Source: Nitrospirales bacterium
Lineage (GTDB): Bacteria > Nitrospirota > Nitrospiria > Nitrospirales > UBA8639
Length of the DNA: 64,000 nucleotides
Assembly: GCA_963555755.3 (NCBI GenBank)
Contig: OY820905.2
Coordinates: forward strand, 128,001 to 192,000
Direction: 5' to 3'
Both the position numbers and the translations under genes were made by a program. The notes under the pieces are model-generated. The model was not told the DNA's origin. It made no database searches and saw only the letters and a list, made by a program, of their open reading frames with translations. Positions 9,358-19,688 of this stretch are shown piece after piece (position 1 is the stretch's first letter; each line of letters opens with the position of its first letter).

Positions 9358-10764
9358 TTGAATCACCCACGACTCATCATTGCCGGTACGCATAGTGGGG
9401 GCGGGAAAACTACCGTTTCACTTGCGTTAATGGGTGCTTTGGCTAGAAAAGGACGTCGGGTTCAACCGTTTAAGGTTGGGCCTGACTTTCTTGATCCGAC
9501 TCATCATCGAGCGGCCACGGGGCGGCAGTCTTACAATCTTGATGGGTGGATGTTGGATGCGGCTACAAATCTGGAAATTTTTCAGAAGGCTGCGTCGGAT
9601 GCAGATATTTCCATCATTGAAGGGATGATGGGGTTATTTGATGGCGCCTCGCCTACGGATGAGGCAGGGAGTACCGCTCAGATGGCCAAGCATCTTAAGG
9701 CTCCTGTCCTACTCGTCGTGGATGGCAGTGCGATGGCGAGGTCCGTTGCTGCTTTGGTGTATGGCTATTCTACCTTCGATTGTTCTGTTCAGGTTGTGGG
9801 TGTGTTGTTCAATAGAGTGAATAGCGAGGGACACTTTCGATTATTGAAGGATGCGGTCGAGGGCAGTTCCGCAGTTACTGTGGTTGGATATTTAAAGCAA
9901 GATGCTGAGTTGATTATTGAGGATCGACATCTAGGGTTACGGGTGGCGTTTGAGGGGCAAGAAACTGACGTGTATGACAAGCTTGGGAATGCTGCCTTGG
10001 CGACGGTTGATCTCGAGAAGATTGAGGAATTAGCTGCTCAGACTAGTGATTATGTTTATGAAAATAAGAAATCCAATGTGCCGGATGGGCAAGCTTCTAG
10101 AGTTACACAATCAATCAAAGTTGGCATTGCCTATGATTCGGCCTTTTGTTTTTATTATCAAGAAAATTTCAACGCCCTTCGCGACCAAGGCGCGGAACTG
10201 ATTTTCTTCTCCCCGTTGGCCGACTCTGAATTGCCCAAGGTTGATTTACTCTATTTAGGCGGGGGATATCCCGAGCTCCATGCCAAAGCCTTATCGAACA
10301 ATGTTGGCTTGCGCCAAGCCATCAAAGACTTGGCCTTGCGAGGCGGCGCGATTTATGCGGAATGTGGCGGGCTGATGTATTTGATGGACTCGATCCAAGG
10401 TTTTGATGGAGAGCAATTTCCCATGGTAAGTCTTTTCCCTTTCACGGCAAAGATGTCTCGTTCTCACATGATGATTGGGTATCGATATCTTGAAGTCGTC
10501 GAGACTTGTATGCTTGGGGCGTCGGGGTTTCAGGCTAGGGGTCATGAGTTTCATTATTCGACGCTGGTCCCTCTCGATCAGAACACACAGGGACACTATG
10601 TGTGTCGGATTGCCGATGCCTCTCGCTCACGAGAGGGAGTGGATGGGTTGGTGTTTCACAATACTCTGGCCTTGTATTCACACCTGCATTTTGGCAGCCA
10701 ACCCCTCCTGGCCAAAAATCTTGTGGAATTTGCGAGACAAACGAGTCCGCGGTCTTACTCATGA
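9358..10764 (+). CDS. cbiA: Cobyrinate a,c-diamide synthase (CbiA/CobB)
   Basis: GTHSGGGKT, FKVGPDFLDP, IEGMMGLFDG, AECGG, GHEFHYS. Confidence 0.92.
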   Translation: MNHPRLIIAGTHSGGGKTTVSLALMGALARKGRRVQPFKVGPDFLDPTHHRAATGRQSYNLDGWMLDAATNLEIFQKAASDADISIIEGMMGLFDGASPTDEAGSTAQMAKHLKAPVLLVVDGSAMARSVAALVYGYSTFDCSVQVVGVLFNRVNSEGHFRLLKDAVEGSSAVTVVGYLKQDAELIIEDRHLGLRVAFEGQETDVYDKLGNAALATVDLEKIEELAAQTSDYVYENKKSNVPDGQASRVTQSIKVGIAYDSAFCFYYQENFNALRDQGAELIFFSPLADSELPKVDLLYLGGGYPELHAKALSNNVGLRQAIKDLALRGGAIYAECGGLMYLMDSIQGFDGEQFPMVSLFPFTAKMSRSHMMIGYRYLEVVETCMLGASGFQARGHEFHYSTLVPLDQNTQGHYVCRIADASRSREGVDGLVFHNTLALYSHLHFGSQPLLAKNLVEFARQTSPRSYS

Positions 10765-10818
10765 AAAGAACTGGGCATTCAAACTTGATGCCTGTTTTCC
10801 ACCTAGGTTGCGAAACCC

Positions 10819-11013
10819 ATGTCTTTATCTCACAATGATCTAACCTCATCCAAGACATGTGAGCGTTGCGGTCAACTCTTTTTCTGTGGCCCCAGCTATA
10901 CGTGCTGGTGTCATGAGATTATTCTGACTGAGCAACAACGTGATTTGGTTTCTGTAAAATTTTCTGGCTGTATTTGTCAGGCCTGCTTGGAAAAAATAAG
11001 CCGAAATTCATGA
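10819..11013 (+). CDS. Cysteine-rich CWC family small protein
   Basis: CERCG..F.C...CWC...CIC..CL pattern, within the B12 operon. Confidence 0.75.
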   Translation: MSLSHNDLTSSKTCERCGQLFFCGPSYTCWCHEIILTEQQRDLVSVKFSGCICQACLEKISRNS

Positions 11014-11054
11014 GGGAAATAGTGTTTCGTGCAATGTGATCAGAAGGCCAATTG

Positions 11055-11648
11055 ATGAGGATCTCTAAAGTTTATACGAAAACTGGTGATGGTGGTCTCA
11101 CTCGGCTGGCCGGAGGTCAAGAAATTGAGAAAGATGCGATTCGAGTTGAGGCGTATGGTACCGTTGATGAGTTGAATTCGATTGTTGGGTTGGTTCGCGT
11201 GTTCAATCAGAAAGAAGGCAATACGGGTGATGCCTCCACTCAGTTGGATGAATATTTGAAATGGATTCAACATAAGTTGTTCGATATTGGGGGATTGCTT
11301 GCGACCGCTCCAGGGCAAGAATTTAAGAATATGCCACAGGTGACTGTCCAAGATGTCGAGCAGTTGGAACATTGGATTGATCATTGCCAGGAAGATTTAG
11401 CTCCCTTGAAAGAGTTTCTCTTGCCGGGAGGGGGGCGTGTTTCCGGATTTCTTCATCAAGCTCGTACGGTTACCCGCCGAGCTGAACGTTTGTGTGTTCG
11501 CTTAGCCAGGGAGGAATCGATTGCGCCTCACATTGTTCCATTTTTGAACCGTTTGAGTGATGCATTTTTTGTGTTTGCGCGTTGGATTGCCCATCATACA
11601 GGAGAGCCAGAGTTTTTATGGGATCGATCAGTTACAAGAACATCATAG
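11055..11648 (+). CDS. pduO: PduO-type cob(I)alamin adenosyltransferase
   Basis: KVYTKTGDGG.T, YGTVDELNS, ARTV.RRAER, LNRLSD. Confidence 0.92.
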   Translation: MRISKVYTKTGDGGLTRLAGGQEIEKDAIRVEAYGTVDELNSIVGLVRVFNQKEGNTGDASTQLDEYLKWIQHKLFDIGGLLATAPGQEFKNMPQVTVQDVEQLEHWIDHCQEDLAPLKEFLLPGGGRVSGFLHQARTVTRRAERLCVRLAREESIAPHIVPFLNRLSDAFFVFARWIAHHTGEPEFLWDRSVTRTS

Positions 11649-12064
11649 TCTTCAGCGTGCTGGTTATCCTTATTATCGGTGGGTTTGTTTTTTCAAAACG
11701 CAAGCCGGCAACCCTGAATATCCCAAATGATCCCAAGGCGCATGAGGCTCTTCAACTGGTACAATCTCATCCGGCTCGAAATGCTCCGACTCTTGAGCAG
11801 GCGGTTGATCAGTACCTTCGAGAATTGGAAGCCAAGGGGACGCCATTTCATAAGGGGGAATGGCAGGTTGGGGAGGAACAACCAGGAGTGTATGCAGTCA
11901 GAATTCTGATTCGGGAAAAAGGCTTCAATCAATGGATTGAACGAGAGTTTGCCTGGCGGGTAATGATGAAGGATCAAACCATTCGTGTCATATCATTAGC
12001 GGCGATTCATTTTATGCCGTTTCATGAGTTGCCGCCGTTGCCTCATCAAGACCAAATCTCTTAG
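11618..12064 (+). CDS. Hypothetical membrane-anchored protein
   Basis: ATG 11618 followed by a hydrophobic anchor; overlaps the end of pduO. Confidence 0.65.
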   Translation: MGSISYKNIIVFSVLVILIIGGFVFSKRKPATLNIPNDPKAHEALQLVQSHPARNAPTLEQAVDQYLRELEAKGTPFHKGEWQVGEEQPGVYAVRILIREKGFNQWIEREFAWRVMMKDQTIRVISLAAIHFMPFHELPPLPHQDQIS

Positions 12065-12184
12065 GGGACCGTTGCAAAAGGCCGCCAGCGGCGTTCTCGG
12101 CCCGTTGTCGTGCTCACGTACATGAGTACGCTCCGTGCGCCAACGGGCCTGCGGCCTTGCTGGACGGTCTTTTTGAACAGCCCC
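12064..12184. repeat. Palindromic repeat family D (ERIC-like core)
   Basis: Long hairpin with cagcggcgttctc...cacgtac/gtacgctccg...gccttgctg; between convergent stops. Confidence 0.85.
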
Positions 12185-12190
12185 ATCCTT

Positions 12191-12526
12191 CTATGTGGAA
12201 CAGTCCTGCTTCTCAAGAGCAATTTGTATAGTGCCGTCGTTGACTCTCAACGTAAAACACGATACCGCCCAATCATCAACCGGGTTTTTTAGACATTCTC
12301 CGGTTCGGACATTGAATGTCCAGCCATGCCATGGACATCGGACAATGTCTCCTTGAAGCGTCCCTTCGCCCAATGGACCACCAGCATGGGGACAGGTGTT
12401 ATCCAGCGCAAACAGCTCTCCCTCTACGTTAAACAGCGCGACCTCACGGCCAGTGTCATCCAATTCCACAGATAGGCAGGATCCAGGAAGGAGATCGGAC
12501 AATTTGGCCGCGTCAATATAGTTCAA
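12191..12526 (-). CDS. Rieske [2Fe-2S] ferredoxin
   Basis: CPHAGGPL and CPWHGW motifs. Confidence 0.9.
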   Translation of the reverse strand: MNYIDAAKLSDLLPGSCLSVELDDTGREVALFNVEGELFALDNTCPHAGGPLGEGTLQGDIVRCPWHGWTFNVRTGECLKNPVDDWAVSCFTLRVNDGTIQIALEKQDCST

Positions 12527-12689
12527 TGTTTTCCTTGCTCATGGATGGTGTCATGGCTAAAATAAAAGTCTAGCAAGGTTGGTATCATGCTGCAAGGGAG
12601 CGGCCTGTTGCTTCATTGCCTACGCTGATGCTATACACACACGGAACCAGATCGCGGCATTGGCATTGATGTGGAGGTCCAGGTAGCTG

Positions 12690-13226
12690 ATGGAAATGAC
12701 TCTCCTTCTGAATACCACCTATGAACCCTTGCGTGTGGTCAATTGGAAAAAGGCTATTACCTTATTGTGCCAAGATAAGGTCGAAGTCCTTGAATTTTAT
12801 GAGCGAGATATTCGTGGTGTAACGATTACCTTCAAGCTCCCTTCGGTGATGCGGCTCCTCAAGGTGGTGAAATTTAGGTCCGCCCCTCGAGCGGTTAAAT
12901 TTTCCCGAATCAATATTTTTACGCGCGATAAGTACACGTGCCAATACTGCTGGAAGAAGTATCGTACAGAAGAATTGACCTTCGATCATGTCGTGCCTAT
13001 TGCCAGAGGTGGAAAGAAAACCTGGGAAAATATCGCGACTGCCTGTTGGCGGTGCAATAACAAAAAAAGTGGACGGACGCCGGCAGAAGCTCATATGCGC
13101 CTGAAAAAGAAGCCGGAGAAACCGCGCTGGAATCCGACGTTGACCATAATGATCGGGATTCGACATGCGCCAAATAGTTGGAGAGATTACTTGTATTGGC
13201 ATATGGAATTAGACACGGATGAATAA
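12690..13226 (+). CDS. HNH endonuclease (McrA/HNH_5-like)
   Basis: LLLN..YEPL, RD.YTCQYC, TFDHVVP, CWRCNNKK. Confidence 0.9.
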   Translation: MEMTLLLNTTYEPLRVVNWKKAITLLCQDKVEVLEFYERDIRGVTITFKLPSVMRLLKVVKFRSAPRAVKFSRINIFTRDKYTCQYCWKKYRTEELTFDHVVPIARGGKKTWENIATACWRCNNKKSGRTPAEAHMRLKKKPEKPRWNPTLTIMIGIRHAPNSWRDYLYWHMELDTDE

Positions 13227-13403
13227 TATGTCGCTGTCTTCCTGTGTGTTCTTGTCTGATATGTGATCGGGTGTGTGCCGCTGTGTGATCCTGCCTGTGT
13301 GTTTCCTTTTTCAACCAATAGGTTAGATGGTGGTGTGGAGCCGATTGGCTGTTGTGGGTTCAAGAGATATTCAGCGGAATGTCTGGTGTGATGAGAAGGA
13401 GTC

Positions 13404-14045
13404 GTGATGAGTGAAAATGCAGGATTTCAAATTTCTCTGGATATTCAGGGTCGGTTATGTGTGGTCATTGGTGGGGGTGATGAGGCATTTGAAAGAATAT
13501 CCCGCTTGTTGGATGCGGGCGCGAAAGTCATCGTCGTCACTCCCACCCTCAATACTCCTCTCAAGAAATTAACGGCCTCGGGAAAGATTATACATCGTGG
13601 CAGGCATTTTCGATCCACGGATACGCAGGATGCATTTTTAATTCTGAACCTGTTGCGTGAAGATACGGATCTGTCGAAATCACTATTTGACCTTGCTAAA
13701 ACGGAGCGGTTCTTGGTGTGGTCGATTGATCAATCAAGCCGGTCCACTGTGATGATGCCGGCGGTGGTGGAGCGTGGCGCGCTTCGTATCGCCATTAGTA
13801 CCAGTGGCGCCTCGCCAGCCTTGGCGAGTGTGTTACGTCAAAATTGCGAAGTTATCTTTGATGATGAATTCGGACAGTTCCTTGACTGGTTGGGATCGTT
13901 ACGCGAAGAATTACAGAAGAATGAACCGAAAGAAACAAAGCGCCGGGAGCGACTCAGGGAAGCTGTTGAGGGATTTGGTTTGACTGGGAAGGTGACCTAT
14001 CCGGGCTCGTGGATTGCGCATAAAGAACAATCGGCCTCTTCTTAG
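13404..14045 (+). CDS. Precorrin-2 dehydrogenase/ferrochelatase-like (CysG N-terminal/SirC)
   Basis: VVIGGG Rossmann motif, IAISTSGASPALA. Confidence 0.8.
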   Translation: MMSENAGFQISLDIQGRLCVVIGGGDEAFERISRLLDAGAKVIVVTPTLNTPLKKLTASGKIIHRGRHFRSTDTQDAFLILNLLREDTDLSKSLFDLAKTERFLVWSIDQSSRSTVMMPAVVERGALRIAISTSGASPALASVLRQNCEVIFDDEFGQFLDWLGSLREELQKNEPKETKRRERLREAVEGFGLTGKVTYPGSWIAHKEQSASS

Positions 14046-14069
14046 GTTCTGCGCAGAAATACGTTGAAC

Positions 14070-14263
14070 AAATCAGAAATTCAAATATCGAAATCCAAAA
14101 CAAATCCGAAATCCAAAACCCGAATGTCTCAAACGGCTCGACAGGGTGGGCGAATTGGCAAATTCGTTTTTCAGGCTCGTTCTGGCGGTCTTGCGGCGTT
14201 TAAGTCATTTGAAATTTGGTCATTTGAATTTGTTTCGAATTTCGACATTCGTATTTTGAATTT
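14070..14263. repeat. Imperfect palindrome of ~7-bp AAATYC-type units
   Basis: aaattcaaatatcgaaatccaaaacaaatcc on the left mirrored by gaatttgtttcgaatttcgacattcgtattttgaattt on the right. Confidence 0.7.
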
Positions 14264-14305
14264 GATACCCGAGCGGCTCCTTCATCGAACAAGGGTGGTA
14301 CATCT

Positions 14306-14614
14306 ATGGTGTTGCTAGAATTCAGCATGTCTCCGTTAGGGAAAGGCGAAAGTGTGGGGAAGTATGTTTCTCGCTCATTGGAGATTGTCGATCAGAGTGG
14401 GGTGGAGTATCGCCTCAATCCCATGGGAACGGTACTTGAAGGCGAGTGGGATGACGTGATGGATGTGGTTCGCCAATGTTATGAGCGGATGAGAAAAGAT
14501 TGCAATCGGATTTCATGCACGATGAAAGTTGATTTTCGAAAAGGAAAAAACGGTCGATTGAGTGGCAAGGTCGCCAGTGTCGAAAAACGCCTCAAGCGAA
14601 AGCTGAAAACGTAA
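14306..14614 (+). CDS. MTH1187/thiamine-binding family protein
   Basis: EFSMSPLG, Y.LNPMGTVLEGEWD.VM, GKVASVE. Confidence 0.85.
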   Translation: MVLLEFSMSPLGKGESVGKYVSRSLEIVDQSGVEYRLNPMGTVLEGEWDDVMDVVRQCYERMRKDCNRISCTMKVDFRKGKNGRLSGKVASVEKRLKRKLKT

Positions 14615-14712
14615 AACCGTGATGCGTAAAGCGTGAAGCGTAATGCGTAAAAAAGGAAAAAGGAGTCTTCCTTTACGGATCACGCTTCACGCTTCACGCA
14701 TTACGTTTTATG
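14610..14712. repeat. Heptamer-repeat hairpin between convergent genes
   Basis: (CGTRAWG)n followed by (CWTYACG)n; includes both stop codons. Confidence 0.8.
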
Positions 14713-15874
14713 TCAGCGGTTCATACACCCGATTGACTCTTGGGCCGATATTGCACAAGACTTCATACGGAATCGATTCCTGCCAATTCGCGATATCTAT
14801 CGCTGAAATCGTTTCTGTTCCTTGACTGCCCAACAATACCACATTACTTTCGACCCGAGCCTCGGGCACATCAGTGATATCGATCAGCGTCATATCCATA
14901 CAAATTGTTCCCACAATGGGGACACGTGTGTTTTCAACGAGCACTTCGCCTCCGTTGGAGAGTAATCGGTTATAGCCGTGAGTATAGCCAATGGGAAGGA
15001 TACCAATGCGGGAAGGTCGAGTTGTCCGATAGGCTCCGCTGTAGCTGAGGGATTCCCCGGCTGCGATGGTTCTGGTTTGCACGATTTGCGTGGAAAGGCT
15101 GAGCACGGGTTTCAGGGCTAATGGTATGGGAGTGATGTGCTGGGGTGGTAGATAGCCATACAGCAAGAGTCCGGGTCTGACCATATCTAGGTGCGATTGA
15201 GGGTGCAAAACCATGCCTGCCGTATTGGCCACATGCAGACATGGGATTGTGATTCCCTTGAGCCGGAGTTGCTCGGCCATTGCTTGAAACTGGCTAAGTT
15301 GTTGCAATGTGAAGGTAGGATCGGGATTGTCGGCATCGGCCAAATGCGTCATGAGGCTCTCAATCACCAACGGCCCTCGAAAGAGGGGAGAGTCGAGGAG
15401 GGTGAAGACCGCCTCAGGTTTGAGGCCGAGCCTGCTCATTCCCGTATCGACTTTCACGTGGACTGGAAAGGGAGTCTGGTCTGTTGAGAGCGCCTTCCCA
15501 AGTTGTTGAGCGAGGTCGGTGTCGGAAATAACTGGCGTGAGTTGATAGTGAAGAAGGTCATGAAGTTGCCTGGAAAATATGCCTCCTAGGACGATGATGG
15601 TTCCCGTCAATCCTGCTTCGCGTAAGGTCACCCCTTCCTGAATTGTGGCCACCCCAAATTTGGAGATGCCCAAGTGAGCTAACGTCTCGGCAATGACAAT
15701 GCTGCCATGCCCGTATCCATCGGCTTTGACAATGGCTAAAATTTCACAGCCTGGGCCAAGGAATCGCCGCAATTCGACAAGGTTGTGAGCTAAGACGGGA
15801 AGTTTGATCGTTGCAATTGTGGGGGAGAGGTAAGAGGAAAGCGATGAGGTTGCTGGAGATAGAAAAGCTGTCAT
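14708..15874 (-). CDS. alr: Alanine racemase
   Basis: AIVKADGYGHG, HVKVDTGMSRLG, VG.ICMD, YEVLC. Confidence 0.95.
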   Translation of the reverse strand: MTAFLSPATSSLSSYLSPTIATIKLPVLAHNLVELRRFLGPGCEILAIVKADGYGHGSIVIAETLAHLGISKFGVATIQEGVTLREAGLTGTIIVLGGIFSRQLHDLLHYQLTPVISDTDLAQQLGKALSTDQTPFPVHVKVDTGMSRLGLKPEAVFTLLDSPLFRGPLVIESLMTHLADADNPDPTFTLQQLSQFQAMAEQLRLKGITIPCLHVANTAGMVLHPQSHLDMVRPGLLLYGYLPPQHITPIPLALKPVLSLSTQIVQTRTIAAGESLSYSGAYRTTRPSRIGILPIGYTHGYNRLLSNGGEVLVENTRVPIVGTICMDMTLIDITDVPEARVESNVVLLGSQGTETISAIDIANWQESIPYEVLCNIGPRVNRVYEPLT

Positions 15875-15882
15875 AATACCAT

Positions 15883-16025
15883 TGTCACTACTCAGGTCAT
15901 CTCCCTTTTGCCGCAGGCCGGTGTTGCTGTGGTGCTCAAATCCTCACGTAATTTTAAATACACTCCGGTTTTCCGCTCCTCGCGCCTTGTCCTGAGCCAA
16001 AATTGAGGCACCCTGAGTAGGGACA
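15883..16025. mobile_element. MITE E1: TGT...ACA ends, 6-bp duplication TACCAT
   Basis: tgtcactactcagg / cctgagtagggaca; TACCAT at 15877-15882 and 16026-16031. Confidence 0.8.
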
Positions 16026-16032
16026 TACCATT

Positions 16033-16593
16033 TTAAATTTCGAGTATCTCTTCCTCCTTTTTCTTCAATAATTCGTCAACCTTTTTGGTGTCCGCGTCCG
16101 TGACCTTTTGAATCTCGTTCTCACTACGGCGCAAATCATCTTCGGTGATGGTCGAATTTTTTTGGAGTTTTTTGAGCTCCTCATTGCCTTCTCGTCGAAT
16201 GCCACGAATATGAATCTTGGTGTCTTCCCCGTATTTCTTACTGACTTTCACAAGATCTTTTCGCCGTTCTTCGCTCAAGGGCGGGATCGGCAGGCGAAGC
16301 AGTTTTCCGTCATTTGAGGGGGTGATGCCCAGGTCGGAGGTGACAATGGCTTTTTCAATCTCCTTAATAATCGACATGTCCCACGGTTGAATCGTGATCA
16401 TGCGTCCATCCGGCATCGCGAGGTTGCTCACTTGCTTGAGAGGGGTGGGGGTCCCATAGTAGTCCACTTTGATGTGATCCAACATCGAAAGCGACGCTCG
16501 GCCGCCACGAAGACCAGCTAACTCTTTTTTCAGGTGCTCAAGCACCCCGTCCATTTTTGCTCTCACTTTTTCAAGGGATGGTGTATAGGGCAT
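16033..16593 (-). CDS. frr: Ribosome recycling factor
   Basis: LRGGRAS, VDYYG.PTPL.Q, PPLSEERRK; GAGGTG SD before ATG 16593. Confidence 0.95.
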   Translation of the reverse strand: MPYTPSLEKVRAKMDGVLEHLKKELAGLRGGRASLSMLDHIKVDYYGTPTPLKQVSNLAMPDGRMITIQPWDMSIIKEIEKAIVTSDLGITPSNDGKLLRLPIPPLSEERRKDLVKVSKKYGEDTKIHIRGIRREGNEELKKLQKNSTITEDDLRRSENEIQKVTDADTKKVDELLKKKEEEILEI

Positions 16594-16619
16594 GAGCAAT
16601 CACCTCATCATGAAGGTGG

Positions 16620-16908
16620 GAGCCTGTTCAAGATTAGAGAGATCTACTGCGGGTGCGCTGGATTTGGCCAGATCTTCCGATCCTTTTCGGGGAAGGTTGA
16701 AAAAGACCGCCAGCTGCGTTCTCGGGCTTTTGGCGTGCTCACGTACTGCGTGTACGCTCCGTGCGCCCAAAGCCCTGCGGCCTTGCTGGACGGCCTTTTT
16801 CAAACTTCCCCGTTTTCGTTGAATAGTCCCACTCTTCGCCTCAAACGATCGAAACATCTGACTCAAACCAGCACCCCCTCGCGATGATTGCTAATCTTGG
16901 ACAGGCTC
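16620..16908. mobile_element. MITE family C with nested family D (16689-16811)
   Basis: Reverse-oriented copy of 2574-2734 interrupted by ggggaaggttgaaaaag...ctttttcaaacttcccc; abuts the pyrH stop (CTAG 16909-16912). Confidence 0.85.
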
Positions 16909-17634
16909 CTAGGGCGAATTTTGAGTCACGAGGGTGCCGATTTTTTCTCCGTGAACGACACGTTTCAGATTTCCTGACTGTGTGAGGTTGAAGACCAGCA
17001 GGGAAAGCTTATTGTCCATGCATAACGTGATGGCTGTAGAATCCATGACTTGTAAACTTTTATTGAGGATTGTTAAAAACTGGATTTCCTCAAACATTGT
17101 GGCCGAGGGATTGGTGGTAGGATCCGAATCATAAATGCCATTCACCTTTGTGCCTTTTAAAAGAATATCGGCTCCAATTTCCATAGCTCGGAGTGCGGCA
17201 GCCGTATCGGTGGTAAAATACGGGTTTCCGGTCCCGGCGGCAAAGATGACTACACGTTTTTTTTCGAGATGGCGAATGGCCCGTCGTCGAATATAGCCTT
17301 CGGCCAATTGCTTCATTTCGATGGCAGAAAGGACTCGTGTGGGGATGTCAAGTTTTTCCAGTGCGTTTTGAAGAGCTAAGGCATTGAGCATGGTGGCTAA
17401 CATACCCATATAGTCAGCCGATGCGCGTTCCATGCCAGATGCACTGGCGGCAATGCCACGAAAAATGTTACCGCCACCAATGACCAACGCCACCTCGACA
17501 TCCATACGGACGACCTCGCCGATTTCCTGGGCGAGGGTGGTGAGGATCTCGGGATGAATGCCATAGGCTTGTGAGCCTGCCAGCATTTCGCCACTAATTT
17601 TTAACAGGATACGGTGGTACCGAATGGGCGTCAT
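16909..17634 (-). CDS. pyrH: Uridylate kinase
   Basis: [25 protein letters not shown]. Confidence 0.97.
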   Translation of the reverse strand: MTPIRYHRILLKISGEMLAGSQAYGIHPEILTTLAQEIGEVVRMDVEVALVIGGGNIFRGIAASASGMERASADYMGMLATMLNALALQNALEKLDIPTRVLSAIEMKQLAEGYIRRRAIRHLEKKRVVIFAAGTGNPYFTTDTAAALRAMEIGADILLKGTKVNGIYDSDPTTNPSATMFEEIQFLTILNKSLQVMDSTAITLCMDNKLSLLVFNLTQSGNLKRVVHGEKIGTLVTQNSP

Positions 17635-18227
17635 TCCTGACCTAGTTGATACCGAGTAAATCTGGCGATGGAGATATTTTCTCCCAGTTTCGCGATCTTG
17701 CCCGTTAGGATTTCTTTAATGGTGATGTTGGGATCCTTGATGAAGCTTTGCTCAAGTAAGCAATTGACTTCATAAAATTTTTCCATTTTACCCTGGACGA
17801 TTTTTTCCCAGGCTGCCTCGGGTTTTCCCATTTCTTTTGCCTGGCCGAGATACACGGCTTTTTCCCGCTCGATTTTATCAGCCGGGACATCCTCACGTTG
17901 GATATAGGTAGGATTCGTTGCGGCGACCTGTAACGCTACTTCTTTGATGAGGGCTTGAAATTCATCAGTCCGCGCTACAAAGTCGGTTTCACAATTAATT
18001 TCAACCAAGACACCAATTTTGCTTCCGGCATGAATGTAGGACGAGATCAAGCCTTCCTTGGTTTCGCGTCCGGCTTTTTTTTGTGCAGCGGCTAGGCCTT
18101 TTTGGCGAAGGAGGTCAATGGCTTTTTCAATATCGAGATTGGTCTCTTTGAGCGCATTCTGGCAGTCGAGAATCCCGGCTCCTGTTTTGGCTCGAAGTTC
18201 CTTCACCGAGACACTCATACTGGACAT
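17631..18227 (-). CDS. tsf: Elongation factor Ts (short form)
   Basis: VKELR..TGAG..DC, NCETDFV. Confidence 0.97.
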   Translation of the reverse strand: MSSMSVSVKELRAKTGAGILDCQNALKETNLDIEKAIDLLRQKGLAAAQKKAGRETKEGLISSYIHAGSKIGVLVEINCETDFVARTDEFQALIKEVALQVAATNPTYIQREDVPADKIEREKAVYLGQAKEMGKPEAAWEKIVQGKMEKFYEVNCLLEQSFIKDPNITIKEILTGKIAKLGENISIARFTRYQLGQE

Positions 18228-18302
18228 ATCTTACGTTCTCCCTTTGTCGTGTGGTGCAAACAATTTGGTGTGGTAAAAAATTAAATTTCAGGCCATGTAG
18301 GG

Positions 18303-19088
18303 TTAGGCAGGAGTCTGTATTCCACCTGAGCTGCTCTCAGAGGTACGAGCAGAGATCATGTCTGCCATGATACTGTCTTCTTCTTGGGCAACTGGAGCGT
18401 CCTGTTTGTCAATCATGGCTTGACCCTCAATGCAGGCATTAGCGATCTGAGCGGTAAAGAGCTTTAGAGAACGAATGGCATCATCATTGCCGGGAATGGG
18501 AAAGTCGATGCCTTCAGGATCACAATTGGTATCGACAATGGCCACCACCGGTATTCCAAGGCGATTGGCTTCTTTGACCGTGATGTGTTGAATTCTGGTG
18601 TCGAGGATAAATACGCAACCAGGAAGGTTTTCCATGTGTTTGATTCCGTTGAAATATTTTTCCAACTTTCCTCGTTCTTTTTCCATCAAAAGAATTTCTT
18701 TTTTCTTAAGCCGGTCGTACGTGCCATCCGTCTGAGCGGCTTCCAACTTTTTCAGCTGTATGATGCTTTTTCGGATCGTTTGGAAGTTTGTGAGCATCCC
18801 GCCCAACCAGCGTTGCGTGACATAAAACATATTGCACCGCGTGGCTTCTTCCTCGACAATGTTTACGGCTTGACGTTTGGTTCCGACGAAGAGAACGGTT
18901 TCTCCCGCAGCAACGGTATCGCGAACAAAATTGTAAGCGCGGTGAAAAAGTTGAGCCGATTGCTTGAGGTCAATAATGTAAATGCCATTTTTCTCACCAA
19001 AAATATACGGTCTCATTTTGGGGTTCCACCGGTTGGTTTGATGCCCAAAGTGAACGCCCGCTTCTAATAGGTCTTTGATGGTCACCAT
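18303..19088 (-). CDS. rpsB: 30S ribosomal protein S2
   Basis: [28 protein letters not shown]. Confidence 0.98.
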   Translation of the reverse strand: MVTIKDLLEAGVHFGHQTNRWNPKMRPYIFGEKNGIYIIDLKQSAQLFHRAYNFVRDTVAAGETVLFVGTKRQAVNIVEEEATRCNMFYVTQRWLGGMLTNFQTIRKSIIQLKKLEAAQTDGTYDRLKKKEILLMEKERGKLEKYFNGIKHMENLPGCVFILDTRIQHITVKEANRLGIPVVAIVDTNCDPEGIDFPIPGNDDAIRSLKLFTAQIANACIEGQAMIDKQDAPVAQEEDSIMADMISARTSESSSGGIQTPA

Positions 19089-19519
19089 ACGAACTTATTC
19101 GCCCCCTTCCATGACGTCATGTAATTCATTGAGAGCTTACCTGGCCAGTTTTCAACACGACTAGATTCTTGGCCTACCGAGCTCTGCATACATGACATTG
19201 GTCTAGTTGTTGTAAAAGAATATGTTGCTGCCTAAACCTTAAAAATTTAGCATAAGGGCTGTTTTTAATGCAAGCAAAAGTGTTGATTTTTTTGTTTTCT
19301 GTTGTGTGCCGAAGGATGAGTGATGGTTCGGCGTATGTCTTCCAGAGTCCTGACCACCTGAAATTCACGTTTTTGACTTCGAAAAATTATTACAGGTAAA
19401 GTCACAGTGGTATGAATCAAACAGATGAGAGTGGTTCAGGGTGGTGTAGTGACGATTTGATCTTGATGGGACCGTTGAAGAATAGAAATTTTTTATACCG
19501 CCATTCACATGTGACTCAT

Positions 19520-19660
19520 GGGCACCTCTAAAAACCCGGCATTTTTTGTGAGGGCAAGGAAGCCGCGCGCGGAAAACCGGAGTGTATGGGCGAATACATG
19601 AGGATTTGAGCACGCGGCTGACGCCGCCATCACGGAAAAGGACGGTTTTTAGAGGTGCCC
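19520..19660. mobile_element. MITE E2: GGGCACCTCTAAAAAC ends, 4-bp duplication TCAT
   Basis: Inverted ends; TCAT at 19516-19519 and 19661-19664; core shared with E1. Confidence 0.85.
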
Positions 19661-19688
19661 TCATCTTATAAAACGCCAAAAGCAACAG

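Noticed and set aside
12690..13226. HNH gene as IscB/OMEGA nuclease
   Set aside because: No PLMP or RuvC motifs; ordinary 178-aa stand-alone HNH
14064..14318. Short ORFs over repeats (also 2205-2853, 16534-16887, 19655-20023, 39006-39323, 57039-57401, 61305-61517)
   Set aside because: They are translations of palindromic elements, with recurring repeat-derived peptides such as LRPCWT and GVDPSRLAALL
19089..19300. S2 autoregulatory leader upstream of rpsB
   Set aside because: Expected by analogy, but no diagnostic motif could be identified by eye
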